Part shown: piece after piece, positions 45,124 to 54,848 of the stretch | Layout: every line of letters begins with the position of its first letter | How positions within the stretch are numbered: the first letter of the stretch is position 1 | NCBI GenBank assembly: GCA_002327925.1 | Contig: DCVA01000036.1 | Coordinates: 3,811 to 67,810, forward strand | Length of the DNA: 64,000 nucleotides | Source: Anaerolineales bacterium UBA2200 | Lineage (GTDB): Bacteria; Chloroflexota; Anaerolineae; UBA2200 | Direction of reading: 5' to 3' | Program-made: the position numbers and the translations under genes | Notes under the pieces: model-generated | The model's database searches: none | What the model saw: only the letters and a program-made list of their open reading frames with translations | Told to the model about the DNA's origin: nothing

Positions 45124-45141
45124 GCCGGGGCTTCCCCCGGC
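45124..45141 (-). terminator. Perfect GC hairpin just after the M28 gene (no clear U tract)
   Basis: GCCGGGG-GAAG-CCCCGGC. Confidence 0.4.
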
Positions 45142-45153
45142 GCTGTGGCCTGT

Positions 45154-48100
45154 CTACTGCTCGGCGAGAGTCATCACCGTCAGGGCCACGATCCGACCTG
45201 TTGCCTGCAGCTTGGTCGGGTCAATTCGATCCGGGGTGTCGTCCGGGGTGTTCGTGTACTCGGCTCGTTCCCAGGTGGCGGTGATCGTTGGCACGCCCAT
45301 AGCGTGGAACGTGGCGTCGTCTCCCAGTGGTTCGTACTTGAGGAAGTTGATTCGGCCCTCAAGCTGCCTGGCGGCGTTGTCGAGGAAAGCGAGGATCAAG
45401 GCGTCCTCCGGCTCGTTCCCGCCCACATCCAGGTAAAAGCCCCGCCCCTGACCCACCCGATCCAGCTCGATTAATGCAGTGATCTGTGCAAGTCCGAAGG
45501 GAGCGTTGCGGGCAAAGTACCTGGATCCGAGCCTTCCGGCTTCGGAGGCGTTCCAGGCCGCGAAAAGCACGCTGCGGCGAGGTTTGTATCCGGCCGCCTG
45601 CCAGGACCGTGCGATTTCCAGTATCACCGCGACGCCGCTTGCACCGTGGTTGGCGGCCGGGTAGAAGGGCCCCAGGACAGGAGAGCCGATACCGTCGAGC
45701 TGCGCCCCGATCACGATGAATTGGTCTGCGACCGCCGGGTCAGAGCCAGTGAGAACCCCGAGGACGTTGGCCACGGCGACATCGGGCGTCACGGAGAGCG
45801 GCACACTCAGCGTCACGGACAGGGGCAGAGCAACGGCGGCCGGCTGCCGGCCGGACGGCAGCGGCCAGTACTGTGCCGCCTTCAGCATGGCCTCGGCGGC
45901 CTCCCTGGTCAGCTCCAGCACGGGGATGGCCACATCCGCGGGCGGGGCCGCCGCCGCACTGCGAAGGGTCATCTGCGTTGTCATCGCCTCCGTCATCAGG
46001 AGCAGGGCTGAAGCACCGCTGGCCTGGGCCAGGCGTGCGTCCTCCCGGAGATCCCCGCCAGACACGGTCAGCAGGGCCCGGCCGTGCAGCGCCACCCCTT
46101 CGGGGATGGAGGGGGCATAGACAAGGTTGGCCCGGACCTGGCCCGCGCCCGCTGCCCCGCCGATCACCTCACGGAAATCGACCAGGTAGGCCAACGTGAC
46201 TTGAAACGCCGCGGATGGCCCAGATCCCGCATAACTCAACTGCGGCGCGGCGCTCAGCCGGGTGGCGGTGGTCGAAAATGCCTGAAGATAGGTCCCATCG
46301 TCTCCCGCAGGCACCAGCCCATAGTTCGCCATCGCGGAGGCCACGTAATCGGCGGCAAGCGAATTACCGGCACTTCCGGACTCGCGGCCGTACCAGCCCG
46401 GCTCTGCCAGGCGGGCGACGTGATCCGATGCTGCGTCGCCATCGAAGGAAAGGGCTGCGGCGATGTGCTCCGGCGCGATGTGGCCGCGAAGGACCGACTC
46501 TCGCCAGTCTGCGTCGAATGATTCAAACGACAGCCCCGTCGCGCGCGCAAAGGCCTCAGACCAGTCCAGTCCGTTGCCCTGATTCTTCAGCCATTCGAGG
46601 AACGGCTCGCGTCCCAGCTTGCTCCGCAAGTAGTCGATGCAGTCCCAGCTCAGGTTGTACACCAGCGACGATTCGGTTTTCCAGTCCGCCCAGTCGGAGA
46701 GGCTCTGAAGCGACACGGGACGGCCGCTGCGGACCGTGTTGTAGACTTGCTGGCGCCACTTGCGAAGCTGTTCGTTCTTCCACGTTGGGCTGTGCAGAGC
46801 CGCTTCGAACTGCGCTGTCCCCTCATGAACGCCCGCGTGCTGGACTCCCAGTTGAAAAAGCAAAAGATGAGTCAGCTCGTGCGCCACGATCCTCGACGGC
46901 TCGACCGCACTGATGTTGGTGAGCTTGATCGACTCGCCCGGCTCATTCCAGCCGCGCGCTTCGCTCATGCTCAGGTAGATGCTGGAGCGAAACAACGCCG
47001 GATCGCTGTAGAGCTTGATCTCCACCGGTGTGGGGGGCTCGAATCCCAGGTCGGCCACCACCGACGAGTAGGCGCTCTCGGCCCCGGCCAGCAAGGCATC
47101 GGCCAAGTCAAACGACAGGTACGGGTCATGCTTGAGCACAAAGTGCTCGCTGGACACGGTGGACGACTCGAAATCCGCATACACCCAGCGGCCCTCTCGA
47201 TGGACGAACCTGGCCTCCCAGGTGACGGTGGAGAGCTGGCTGCCCTCATCGGCCAGCCGAGAGCGCATCGTGAGCCGTACGCTGGCCTTCCCATCCTCGA
47301 GGGCGAGTAGCTGCCCCTGCAGGGCGAATTCGGCCACCGGGTGCCGCGCCAGGTCTGCGAACCAGTGGCGTTCCTCCTGCAAGAGCGCAGAGTCCGAGCC
47401 GTCGACGGTCGCAAGGAAGGCCTGCTCGTCAAGTGCCAGCACAGACGTGCTGCGCTGCGTGAGGGTAGCCGAAATGCCCCGCTGGGCATCGCGCCACGGT
47501 TGGAGCAGCGCACTCTCCCAGCCGGAAGGGTCCAGGTTCTCGCTGAAGCGAGGACCTCCATTGGCCGTCACGTACTGGGTCATCGCCCACGTCTGGGCGT
47601 CCCAGATTGCCCGCTGATCGGATGCCACCGCGGACGCCGCTGGCATCGCCGCGCTCGGCCACAGCTCCTTGTCCTGGTCAGCCTGCAGCAAAGTGGGAAT
47701 GTAGACCCTGCCCGGCGCGCGCAACTGACCCGTGCCGCCGGACCACTGCTCGGTGAGTCCGGAGGACAGCCAGCTTGCCTGGCTGGCGCTCCATCCCGCG
47801 CCCTGCAAAGCCAGGCCGAGCAGAGTGCTGGTCAGAGACGATGTCCGCCCCAGTACGATCCGGTCGCCCTCGTACCAGGACGGCTCGCCGTTGGAACCGG
47901 GGGGAGGCTGCTCGAAGGCGCCCAGCAGGGCGCCGCTGCCGTAGGAGCGGATGAGCAGTGGATCGGGCAGCACGGCTCCCAGCTCAGCGTTGAGCCGGGC
48001 GTGCAGCGTGTCGGCCTGCCTGGCCAGTTCGTCTGCGTTGGCCGAGCGGGGAAGCTGCTGAAGGACCACATGCTCTCCCGCGAGATCCTGGACCGCCGGA

Positions 48101-49998
48101 CCGGCAAAGGTCCACTCACCCGCGAGCTTGTGCCAGAGAGCCGGGAACTGAGCGGTGGACGACGAGTCTGCTGACTTCCAACGGTAGCTTATGGTCACGG
48201 TAGAGGTTGCCACGTCGCGAGCCACCAGAGGGGCATCCGAGGTCAAGCTCATGTTTGCGCCGTACCCAGCCCTGAGGCGGGCAAACCAGGTCGACGCAGC
48301 GGCCTGCGCCTGAGTCGCCGCCGGCGAGAGAAGGGCCAGAAACGCCGGCTCGTCTCGCTTTTCCAGCGCCGACTGCAGGTCGAGCTCCAGGCTTTCCAAC
48401 TCCTCTGCGTCGGAGGCCAGGCTGGTCAGGACCAGCCCTGCCAGCCTGCCGGCATCGGACAATTGCACTCGGTTGATCAGGCCGATGTCGTCACCAGGGA
48501 CATGGTAGGGGATAGCCGGAGCGCTCTGATAGTCCCAGATGAACAGGGTTGCCGGAACCTCTACCGAGGCAAAAGGAACATGATCGCTGCCACCGCCTGA
48601 AACCTCATGGGTCGGAATGCCAAGGAAGGCGGCGCTGGCAAAGGACTGGTCGGCCACCAGTCCGTGCGGCTCGATCAGCAACGTGTTCCGACCGGCGCCC
48701 ACCATGTCGAGCTGCAGCATCCCCACCGTGGACGCCAGGGGCAGTCTCGGAAACGACACATAGTACCTGGAGCCGTTCAGTCCGATCTCTTCTGCATCCC
48801 AGGCGGCGAAGAGCACCGTCCTCCTCGGAATGTAGCCGTGCTCCCGCCACAGGCGGGCCAGCTCCAGCAGGGCCGCCACGCCTGAGGCATCGTCGTTGGC
48901 GCCTCCCCAGAGGGTGCCGTCCGGATCCACTCCCAGGTGGTCGTAATGAGCGCCGACGATCAGCGTCTGAGCTATGCCGTCCGGGGCCGAGCCAGGCAGC
49001 ACGCCAAGCACGTTGCGCCCGACTGCGTCAGTCTGGTAGCTCAGGGGCACACTCAGCCGGACTCGCGAAAGCATCGGGCGAGGAGTGTGGTCCAGCGGTA
49101 GATCATCGATCGACAGACCACTGCCCTGCAAAAGGGCCTTGACGACCGCGTCTCCGACCACCAGAGTGGGGATGCCCCTTGGCAGGATGGCGTCCTCCCG
49201 CGCGGTGCGGCGCATCTGCATGTCATAGTCGGGGCGGTAGAGCAGAATCGCCACTGCGCCATGCTCCAGGGCCTGGCGCTGTACCTCGGACAGAGGGGCC
49301 TGCCAGCGACAGAGAACGATCGCGCCGACAGAGTCCACACGGCGGTAGTCCTCGCTATTCCCATCGCCCAGCCACAGAACCGGCCCCTCGGCCTCGCCCC
49401 CGTCTGCGTAGCCGCCCGGCCACAGCGTATAGTCCGCGCGCAGCTCGAACTCCTGAGCGGGACTACCGCCTGTGCCCAGCAGGGCGAACTCGGGCATGGC
49501 CGTCAGCTCGGCGTAGGGAACGGGAAACTCCTGGTAGTAGGTCCCGCCGTCGCCGGCAGGAAGCAGTCCGTACTCTGCGAAACGCTGGGCGATCCACTCC
49601 GCAGCCCGCTGTGCGCCGGCGGAACCCGTAGCCCGTCCGGCAAATCGAGGGCTCGCCAGCTCGCGGATGTCCTCCAGCGCGCGGTCCGCGTCGAACCGGT
49701 CGGCCAGGGCGACCCAGTCGGCCTGCTCGACCAGTGCCCCGGCGGTCCTCGTGATCGGGGCCAGGGCCAGAGTGCTCTGCGGAACCGGAGTGGCACCCGG
49801 TGCGGCGGTCGCCCGTTGCGCCACGGGCGTATGCAGCGTCGTACTCTGACCGGCCGGCTCTGCATCCGACGTGCGCAAATCCGACCACCAGAGCAGCAGC
49901 GCTGCGGCCCAGAGCACCAGTCCCAGACCGGCCAGAGCCAGCCAGCGGGGTTGCGGAAGGCGATTCCTTTTGCTTTGATTCTCGTTCTGCATTGTCAC
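45154..49998 (-). CDS. Membrane-anchored multidomain metallopeptidase: PA-M28 / NTF2-like+gluzincin x2 / PA-M28
   Basis: First M28: GAHYDH, GANDDASG, AEEIG, LDMVG, SDH, YH. Second gluzincin: HELTH..HEG. Second M28 and first gluzincin lack metal ligands. Confidence 0.85.
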   Translation of the reverse strand: MTMQNENQSKRNRLPQPRWLALAGLGLVLWAAALLLWWSDLRTSDAEPAGQSTTLHTPVAQRATAAPGATPVPQSTLALAPITRTAGALVEQADWVALADRFDADRALEDIRELASPRFAGRATGSAGAQRAAEWIAQRFAEYGLLPAGDGGTYYQEFPVPYAELTAMPEFALLGTGGSPAQEFELRADYTLWPGGYADGGEAEGPVLWLGDGNSEDYRRVDSVGAIVLCRWQAPLSEVQRQALEHGAVAILLYRPDYDMQMRRTAREDAILPRGIPTLVVGDAVVKALLQGSGLSIDDLPLDHTPRPMLSRVRLSVPLSYQTDAVGRNVLGVLPGSAPDGIAQTLIVGAHYDHLGVDPDGTLWGGANDDASGVAALLELARLWREHGYIPRRTVLFAAWDAEEIGLNGSRYYVSFPRLPLASTVGMLQLDMVGAGRNTLLIEPHGLVADQSFASAAFLGIPTHEVSGGGSDHVPFASVEVPATLFIWDYQSAPAIPYHVPGDDIGLINRVQLSDAGRLAGLVLTSLASDAEELESLELDLQSALEKRDEPAFLALLSPAATQAQAAASTWFARLRAGYGANMSLTSDAPLVARDVATSTVTISYRWKSADSSSTAQFPALWHKLAGEWTFAGPAVQDLAGEHVVLQQLPRSANADELARQADTLHARLNAELGAVLPDPLLIRSYGSGALLGAFEQPPPGSNGEPSWYEGDRIVLGRTSSLTSTLLGLALQGAGWSASQASWLSSGLTEQWSGGTGQLRAPGRVYIPTLLQADQDKELWPSAAMPAASAVASDQRAIWDAQTWAMTQYVTANGGPRFSENLDPSGWESALLQPWRDAQRGISATLTQRSTSVLALDEQAFLATVDGSDSALLQEERHWFADLARHPVAEFALQGQLLALEDGKASVRLTMRSRLADEGSQLSTVTWEARFVHREGRWVYADFESSTVSSEHFVLKHDPYLSFDLADALLAGAESAYSSVVADLGFEPPTPVEIKLYSDPALFRSSIYLSMSEARGWNEPGESIKLTNISAVEPSRIVAHELTHLLLFQLGVQHAGVHEGTAQFEAALHSPTWKNEQLRKWRQQVYNTVRSGRPVSLQSLSDWADWKTESSLVYNLSWDCIDYLRSKLGREPFLEWLKNQGNGLDWSEAFARATGLSFESFDADWRESVLRGHIAPEHIAAALSFDGDAASDHVARLAEPGWYGRESGSAGNSLAADYVASAMANYGLVPAGDDGTYLQAFSTTATRLSAAPQLSYAGSGPSAAFQVTLAYLVDFREVIGGAAGAGQVRANLVYAPSIPEGVALHGRALLTVSGGDLREDARLAQASGASALLLMTEAMTTQMTLRSAAAAPPADVAIPVLELTREAAEAMLKAAQYWPLPSGRQPAAVALPLSVTLSVPLSVTPDVAVANVLGVLTGSDPAVADQFIVIGAQLDGIGSPVLGPFYPAANHGASGVAVILEIARSWQAAGYKPRRSVLFAAWNASEAGRLGSRYFARNAPFGLAQITALIELDRVGQGRGFYLDVGGNEPEDALILAFLDNAARQLEGRINFLKYEPLGDDATFHAMGVPTITATWERAEYTNTPDDTPDRIDPTKLQATGRIVALTVMTLAEQ

Positions 49999-50026
49999 GC
50001 CCGAGACTTCAGGTTACTGTGCCAGC

Positions 50027-51208
50027 TCAACGAGGTGCCGCGTCCTGACGAGATGGCGCGGATTTGGGGCTCCAGCACGGAAGGATATCCAGGCCCCCGT
50101 CCGAAGTCACTCGCGTGGGCTTCCCGCCCGGGGCCAGCACCATCAGGTCGACTTCCCCCGTGCCATCCGGCCGGCTGTAGGCGATCCACTGGCCATCAGG
50201 CGAGACGGCCGGGTAGTACACCTCTGTCGATTCCGGATCGAGTAGCTGCCAGCTCGAAGCCGAGTCTTCCACTACCGAACGCATGAAGAGCCGGCCCTGC
50301 CATGTGGCCGGGTGCTCGCTGACCAGGGCGATGAGCTGCCCTTTATCCCCACCCGCCGATCTCCAATGCAGGTAGGAGACGTCGCCCGCGGGTGCACTGA
50401 CGGAGTACTCCTCCGTACCATCGTCGACCAGCAGCACATGAATGCGATGGTCGGCCGTACTGTACGCCGCGATGCGCTGTCCGTCAGGCGACCAGCAGGC
50501 CACGGTCGTGTACGGATCGCGGCGGATGAGCCCGCCTCCGCCGCTGATGTCCAGGAGACGAGCCATCACCTCCTGCGGTCCAGGCAGTCTGATCTGCACC
50601 AGCAGCTGCTGACCCGCCGGCGACCACGACATGCGCGTGTCCTCCGTGTTCCCGGCGGCCACTCGAACCGGCTCCGTACCATCCAGAGCAGCCAGATAGA
50701 TGCCTGCTTCGTCAGCAGTGAAGGCACCATCCGCGTTGGCGTCCTCCGCCGCCCCGAAGGCAATCCTGTCCCCCTGCGGGGACCAGACGGGCGCGACGGC
50801 GAGCACGCGGGTGATGTGGCCGCTCACCGTGACGGCCTCCCGTCGACCTCTCGACAGGACGGAAACGGATCCAGTCATTCCCACCTGTTCCGAATCATCG
50901 GATGCACCACCAAGACGCAGGAAGGCCACAGCCGGGCCTGTACTCCCCGTGACTGCGGAAGAGCACGCGGGAAGGATATCTCCAAAGGCCGACCCGGCCA
51001 GTGCGCGGTTCTCTTCGCCACTCGCGCCGCAGGTGTAGAGCTGAAAGTCACCGTCTCGGTTGGACACATAGACCAACTCGTAGGCCGAGGCGTCCCCGGC
51101 CGACAGCACGGACCGGCTGTAGCGATACATACCGACCGTGACGCCCGCCAATCCGACGGCCACGATCAGCACCAATCCCCAGAGAACACGCTGCGCTCGT
51201 TCAGTCAC
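50027..51208 (-). CDS. Membrane-anchored TolB-like beta-propeller protein
   Basis: N-terminal TM; YVSNRDG, WSPQG, WSPAG, WSPDG, VSPDG, PCWSP repeats. Confidence 0.85.
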   Translation of the reverse strand: MTERAQRVLWGLVLIVAVGLAGVTVGMYRYSRSVLSAGDASAYELVYVSNRDGDFQLYTCGASGEENRALAGSAFGDILPACSSAVTGSTGPAVAFLRLGGASDDSEQVGMTGSVSVLSRGRREAVTVSGHITRVLAVAPVWSPQGDRIAFGAAEDANADGAFTADEAGIYLAALDGTEPVRVAAGNTEDTRMSWSPAGQQLLVQIRLPGPQEVMARLLDISGGGGLIRRDPYTTVACWSPDGQRIAAYSTADHRIHVLLVDDGTEEYSVSAPAGDVSYLHWRSAGGDKGQLIALVSEHPATWQGRLFMRSVVEDSASSWQLLDPESTEVYYPAVSPDGQWIAYSRPDGTGEVDLMVLAPGGKPTRVTSDGGLDILPCWSPKSAPSRQDAAPR

Positions 51209-51240
51209 TTTCGGCCGTCTCCCTGCATGTCCCGGTAGGG

Positions 51241-53700
51241 CTAGTAGTCATATTCGCGACTCAACGTAATAAGGAGCAGGTTGATCGTCTGTCCTTCCTG
51301 GGCGATCAGAACCGGGTCCAGCTCGCCGACCACGTCGCTCGCCGATGGGAAACGGGCACCCTCCCATTCGATCTTGATCGCCGCCGACCCCAAAGCGCTC
51401 TCGTAGGGGTGCCACAAGAGCTCGCCATCGCGTGCGCTGACGCCGCTGGCCTCCGCACTACGGATCAGCAGATCGACCAGGTTGGCATCTCCGTCGGCCA
51501 ACAGCTCTCCGCTGCCCCTCCCGAGGCCGCCCAGATTGACCACGGCGACGGTCTCCAGAGTGGAGTAGCGGGCATACTCATCGCGGTAGGCACTGGCTCC
51601 CGGGTACTGCCACTGCCCCCCGGCCCAGACAGCGAACATGATCGTGCGGCGCGGGTGGAAGCCGCTCGCTTTCCACAGTCTGAGCATCTCCAGCACGGTA
51701 GAGATGGGCGCGACTCCCTCGTTCGCGGCCTGCAGGACCCGGCCGTCCGCCAGGGCCCCGCCGCCGTCACAGTTCATCGACACGATCACCAGCTCTTTGT
51801 TCAACTGCGCGTCTGTCCCGCGGAGGACTCCCACCACCGAGGTCACCCGAGTCGGAGTCGGCTCGGAGAGTTGGACCGATATGCGAGCCAGGGTGCCCAG
51901 CTCCCGCGCCGCCCACTTTCGAGCGCCTTCGCAGGCAAGCACCGCCGGTGCGGAGAGCTGCTGGCTGCTGAGACCCAGAGAGTCGAGAAAATCATCGGCG
52001 GCGGACGTCCCAAGGCGGATGACGGGCAGAAGGGGACGAACCGAGTACTCTCCACCCGGTTCGGCGTACTGCAATCGTGAGGCGAAATCCCTGTCCACCA
52101 CGATGACGGCCGCAGCGCCCCGCAGCATGGCCTCCACGACGAAATCGACGGGCGCGGTGGCGGCCTCGTAGATGGCGATCCGGCCGCTCAGGTCGAGTCC
52201 ACGCAAGTCCGCTGCGCTGAGGGAGGGACTGCAGAACGAGAGCCAGACGAGCTCGCCTGTCGCGGTTCCCGCGCCGCCGTGGCCGCTGATGTCTACGCCA
52301 AAATCGTCGCGATAGGTGAACGTGCGCAAAAGGTCGCCATTCCTGTCAACTAACTCCAACCGAGGCTCCCCGAGCGGAGAGACCAGGGTTGTCGTCAAAG
52401 GCAGAGCGTACCCCGCGCTGGAGGCCAGCGGCTCCAGGCCGTACTCGGCAAAGCGGTCCGCGACATAGTCTGCCGCCAGCGAGGCTCCCGGCGATCCGGG
52501 CTCGCGGCCCCGCAAATCGGGCGAGCCAAGTACATCCGCGTGCGCCAGTGCGAGCGAGGAATCGAATCGCTGCGCCAGACTGGCGTAGGAGGGCGCCGGA
52601 CCCACGTGAGTAATGATGTAGGCCGTGGCGGCCGCAACAAAAGCAATCACCAACACCATTCTCTTGCTGAGCAGGAAAGCTGTCCGGATGCCGCGCCGCT
52701 GGATCAGTCGCCGAAGCCCCTCACCCAGCAGGTTGAAACCGAGAACAGCGACAAAGAACGCTGCAGCAGGGTAGATGACCATCCAGGTCTTGCTGCGCGC
52801 GTACTGTCGCGCCCCTGCCATCATCGCCCCCCACTCCGGGATGTCCGGAATGTTGGCCACGGCCGTATCTCCCACCTGCACCCAGGTGCCGCCCCCGACA
52901 TAGATCCCGATAAAGCCCAGCTCGCCGAGCATCATCAGCACGGCGCCCATCTCCAGCACGGCGATCACCACCAGAGAGGGCAGTACGTTGGGCAGTATGT
53001 GGCGCACCGCAATCTCGAGGCCGCTGAGGCCGATCACCCTGGCGCCCTCGATGAAAGGCTTGCGCCGGACGAGCATGAACTCACTGCGGATGTACTGGGC
53101 GATCTCGCCCCAGCCCACGAGGCAGAGGGCGACGATGAATACGGCGATGCCCCTCTCGATGCCCAGGGCCAGGATCAAGATCATCCCGGTGAGCAGGCCA
53201 GGCAGGGCAGTAGTCCACTCAATCGTGCTCATAATCAGGCGGTCGAGCGGACCGCCCTCGCTCCAGCCAGCCAGCATTCCCAGAGCCGCGCCCAGCAGAA
53301 TACGGGCCATGGCGATGAACAGGCAGGCGACGAGCGTGTTCCTGGTGCCATAGAGGAGCATGCTCAGAATGTCGCGTCCCCATTCGTCGCTCCCCAGCGG
53401 CAGCCCGGGCATCGGTGGGAAGGGCGGCGTGGTGAACTGGCCATCGATGATCATCGAGTTGCGCTGTCCGGCCAGGTAGGGGTTTTCCGGAGCCATCACA
53501 GGACCGAAGAGAACGATGCTGAAGAGAACCAGAACGATCAAGCAGCCGGCAATCAGGGGCAGACTGGCCTCAACGCGCCATCTGCGCCCCGGCGGCCTGC
53601 TCTCCGCATGCTCGAAGGGCTCTGGCGCCTCGATCGACTCAGACTGCAGCCAGGTGAGGTCAGGCTCAGCGCGCAAGGCGCGCCGCAGGCGGCTCAGCAT
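51241..53700 (-). CDS. OppC/DppC-type permease fused to a PA domain and a degenerate M28 peptidase domain
   Basis: PLGSDEWGRD..S.LLYG.R.TL, FIEGARVIG..RHILPN, PEWGAM, FNLLGEGLR; extra TM; GREPGSPG..AADY, VVGVLRGTD..KELVIV, PRRTIMFAVW. Confidence 0.88.
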   Translation of the reverse strand: MLSRLRRALRAEPDLTWLQSESIEAPEPFEHAESRPPGRRWRVEASLPLIAGCLIVLVLFSIVLFGPVMAPENPYLAGQRNSMIIDGQFTTPPFPPMPGLPLGSDEWGRDILSMLLYGTRNTLVACLFIAMARILLGAALGMLAGWSEGGPLDRLIMSTIEWTTALPGLLTGMILILALGIERGIAVFIVALCLVGWGEIAQYIRSEFMLVRRKPFIEGARVIGLSGLEIAVRHILPNVLPSLVVIAVLEMGAVLMMLGELGFIGIYVGGGTWVQVGDTAVANIPDIPEWGAMMAGARQYARSKTWMVIYPAAAFFVAVLGFNLLGEGLRRLIQRRGIRTAFLLSKRMVLVIAFVAAATAYIITHVGPAPSYASLAQRFDSSLALAHADVLGSPDLRGREPGSPGASLAADYVADRFAEYGLEPLASSAGYALPLTTTLVSPLGEPRLELVDRNGDLLRTFTYRDDFGVDISGHGGAGTATGELVWLSFCSPSLSAADLRGLDLSGRIAIYEAATAPVDFVVEAMLRGAAAVIVVDRDFASRLQYAEPGGEYSVRPLLPVIRLGTSAADDFLDSLGLSSQQLSAPAVLACEGARKWAARELGTLARISVQLSEPTPTRVTSVVGVLRGTDAQLNKELVIVSMNCDGGGALADGRVLQAANEGVAPISTVLEMLRLWKASGFHPRRTIMFAVWAGGQWQYPGASAYRDEYARYSTLETVAVVNLGGLGRGSGELLADGDANLVDLLIRSAEASGVSARDGELLWHPYESALGSAAIKIEWEGARFPSASDVVGELDPVLIAQEGQTINLLLITLSREYDY

Positions 53701-53805
53701 GGGCGTACCCTGGAATGGTCGGAATCCCGGGCTTGCCGGCCGTGACGCAGGAAGAGGTCTGCGGCATGCCCGGTCTGGGGAAGGCCCGAGAATGCAGGGA
53801 GGCGC

Positions 53806-54720
53806 TCAGTCATCGACGGCCATCCTGAGTCGGGGGTCCAGGGCACGCGTGGCCAATTCGAGGAGCAGGTTCACCAGCATAAAGGTCAATCCCAGCGCCA
53901 GAGCCAGGCTGATCACCAGATTCGTCTGTTGAGAGCGGATGGCGGTGAGCAGAGTGGACCCGAGTCCGGGCCAGCTGAAGAAGAGCTCGACGACGGGAAG
54001 GCTGGCCAGCGAGAAACGCAGGGATACCCCCAGGGAGGTCAGTATGGGCACAGCCGCATTGGGCATGATGTGCTCCGCCCACACCTGGCGACTGGGAAGC
54101 CCCTTGGCGTGCGCCGTACGCACATAGTCCTGGTCGGCCGCCTCGCTGAGCGAAAGGAAGGTGATGCGGGCCACCTGGGCAAGAGGGCGGGCCGCCAGCA
54201 CCAGAGCGGGCAAAACCAGATGGGCATCCCAGCCAAAGCCGCCCACCGGCACCAGCCGCACGCCCGTACGTTGGTACCAGGTGATCTCGATCACTTGCAG
54301 CACGAGCGCGGTGAAGAACGTTGGCAGGGAAATGCCGAGCAACGTGCCGGACATGAGCACAAGCGAGATGGGAGAGCCCTCGAGGACTGCCCCCAGGGTA
54401 CCCGTGCCCACCCCCAGGATGGACGCGATGATGAGGGACACCAGCAAGAGCCCCAGACTCTTGACGTAGGTGTCGGCAACGAGGGCCCGCACGGGAACGG
54501 CGATGCGCCGCCGGCCTACGGCCCGGTACACGGCGCCAAGATCCCCCCGCGCTAGCCGGGCCAGAAAGGAGGCGGAGTCCGACACAGAGTCGGCCACCAG
54601 GTCCAGGACGCTGCGATTGGGGGCATGGCGCATCAGACGCAGCCCCAGGGAGCAGAAGAGGATGATCGCCAGGCAGATGAGTACCGCGGATATGAGGCGG
54701 CGAAATAGGAGATGTGTCAT
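53806..54720 (-). CDS. OppB/DppB-type peptide/nickel ABC permease
   Basis: GDLG, SLPTFF, HLVLPALVL, DYVRTAHAKGL..H..PNA, VE..F.WPGLG, DPRLR. Confidence 0.92.
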   Translation of the reverse strand: MTHLLFRRLISAVLICLAIILFCSLGLRLMRHAPNRSVLDLVADSVSDSASFLARLARGDLGAVYRAVGRRRIAVPVRALVADTYVKSLGLLLVSLIIASILGVGTGTLGAVLEGSPISLVLMSGTLLGISLPTFFTALVLQVIEITWYQRTGVRLVPVGGFGWDAHLVLPALVLAARPLAQVARITFLSLSEAADQDYVRTAHAKGLPSRQVWAEHIMPNAAVPILTSLGVSLRFSLASLPVVELFFSWPGLGSTLLTAIRSQQTNLVISLALALGLTFMLVNLLLELATRALDPRLRMAVDD

Positions 54721-54848
54721 CGACGGTCGGGTTCCCGGCTAAGCATTCATAGATTATACTCGAAACGGCGTGCTCGAGTTCAATCCCGGGGGACGACCTC
54801 CGTCGATCCGCAGGCAGCCGCCAGTCCGATGGCTCGTAAGGCGGCGCT

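Noticed and set aside
53750-53808. Selenocysteine recoding at the oppB TGA
   Set aside because: Only a weak hairpin follows, there is no redox/Cys-equivalent context, and OppB ends normally after DPRLR.
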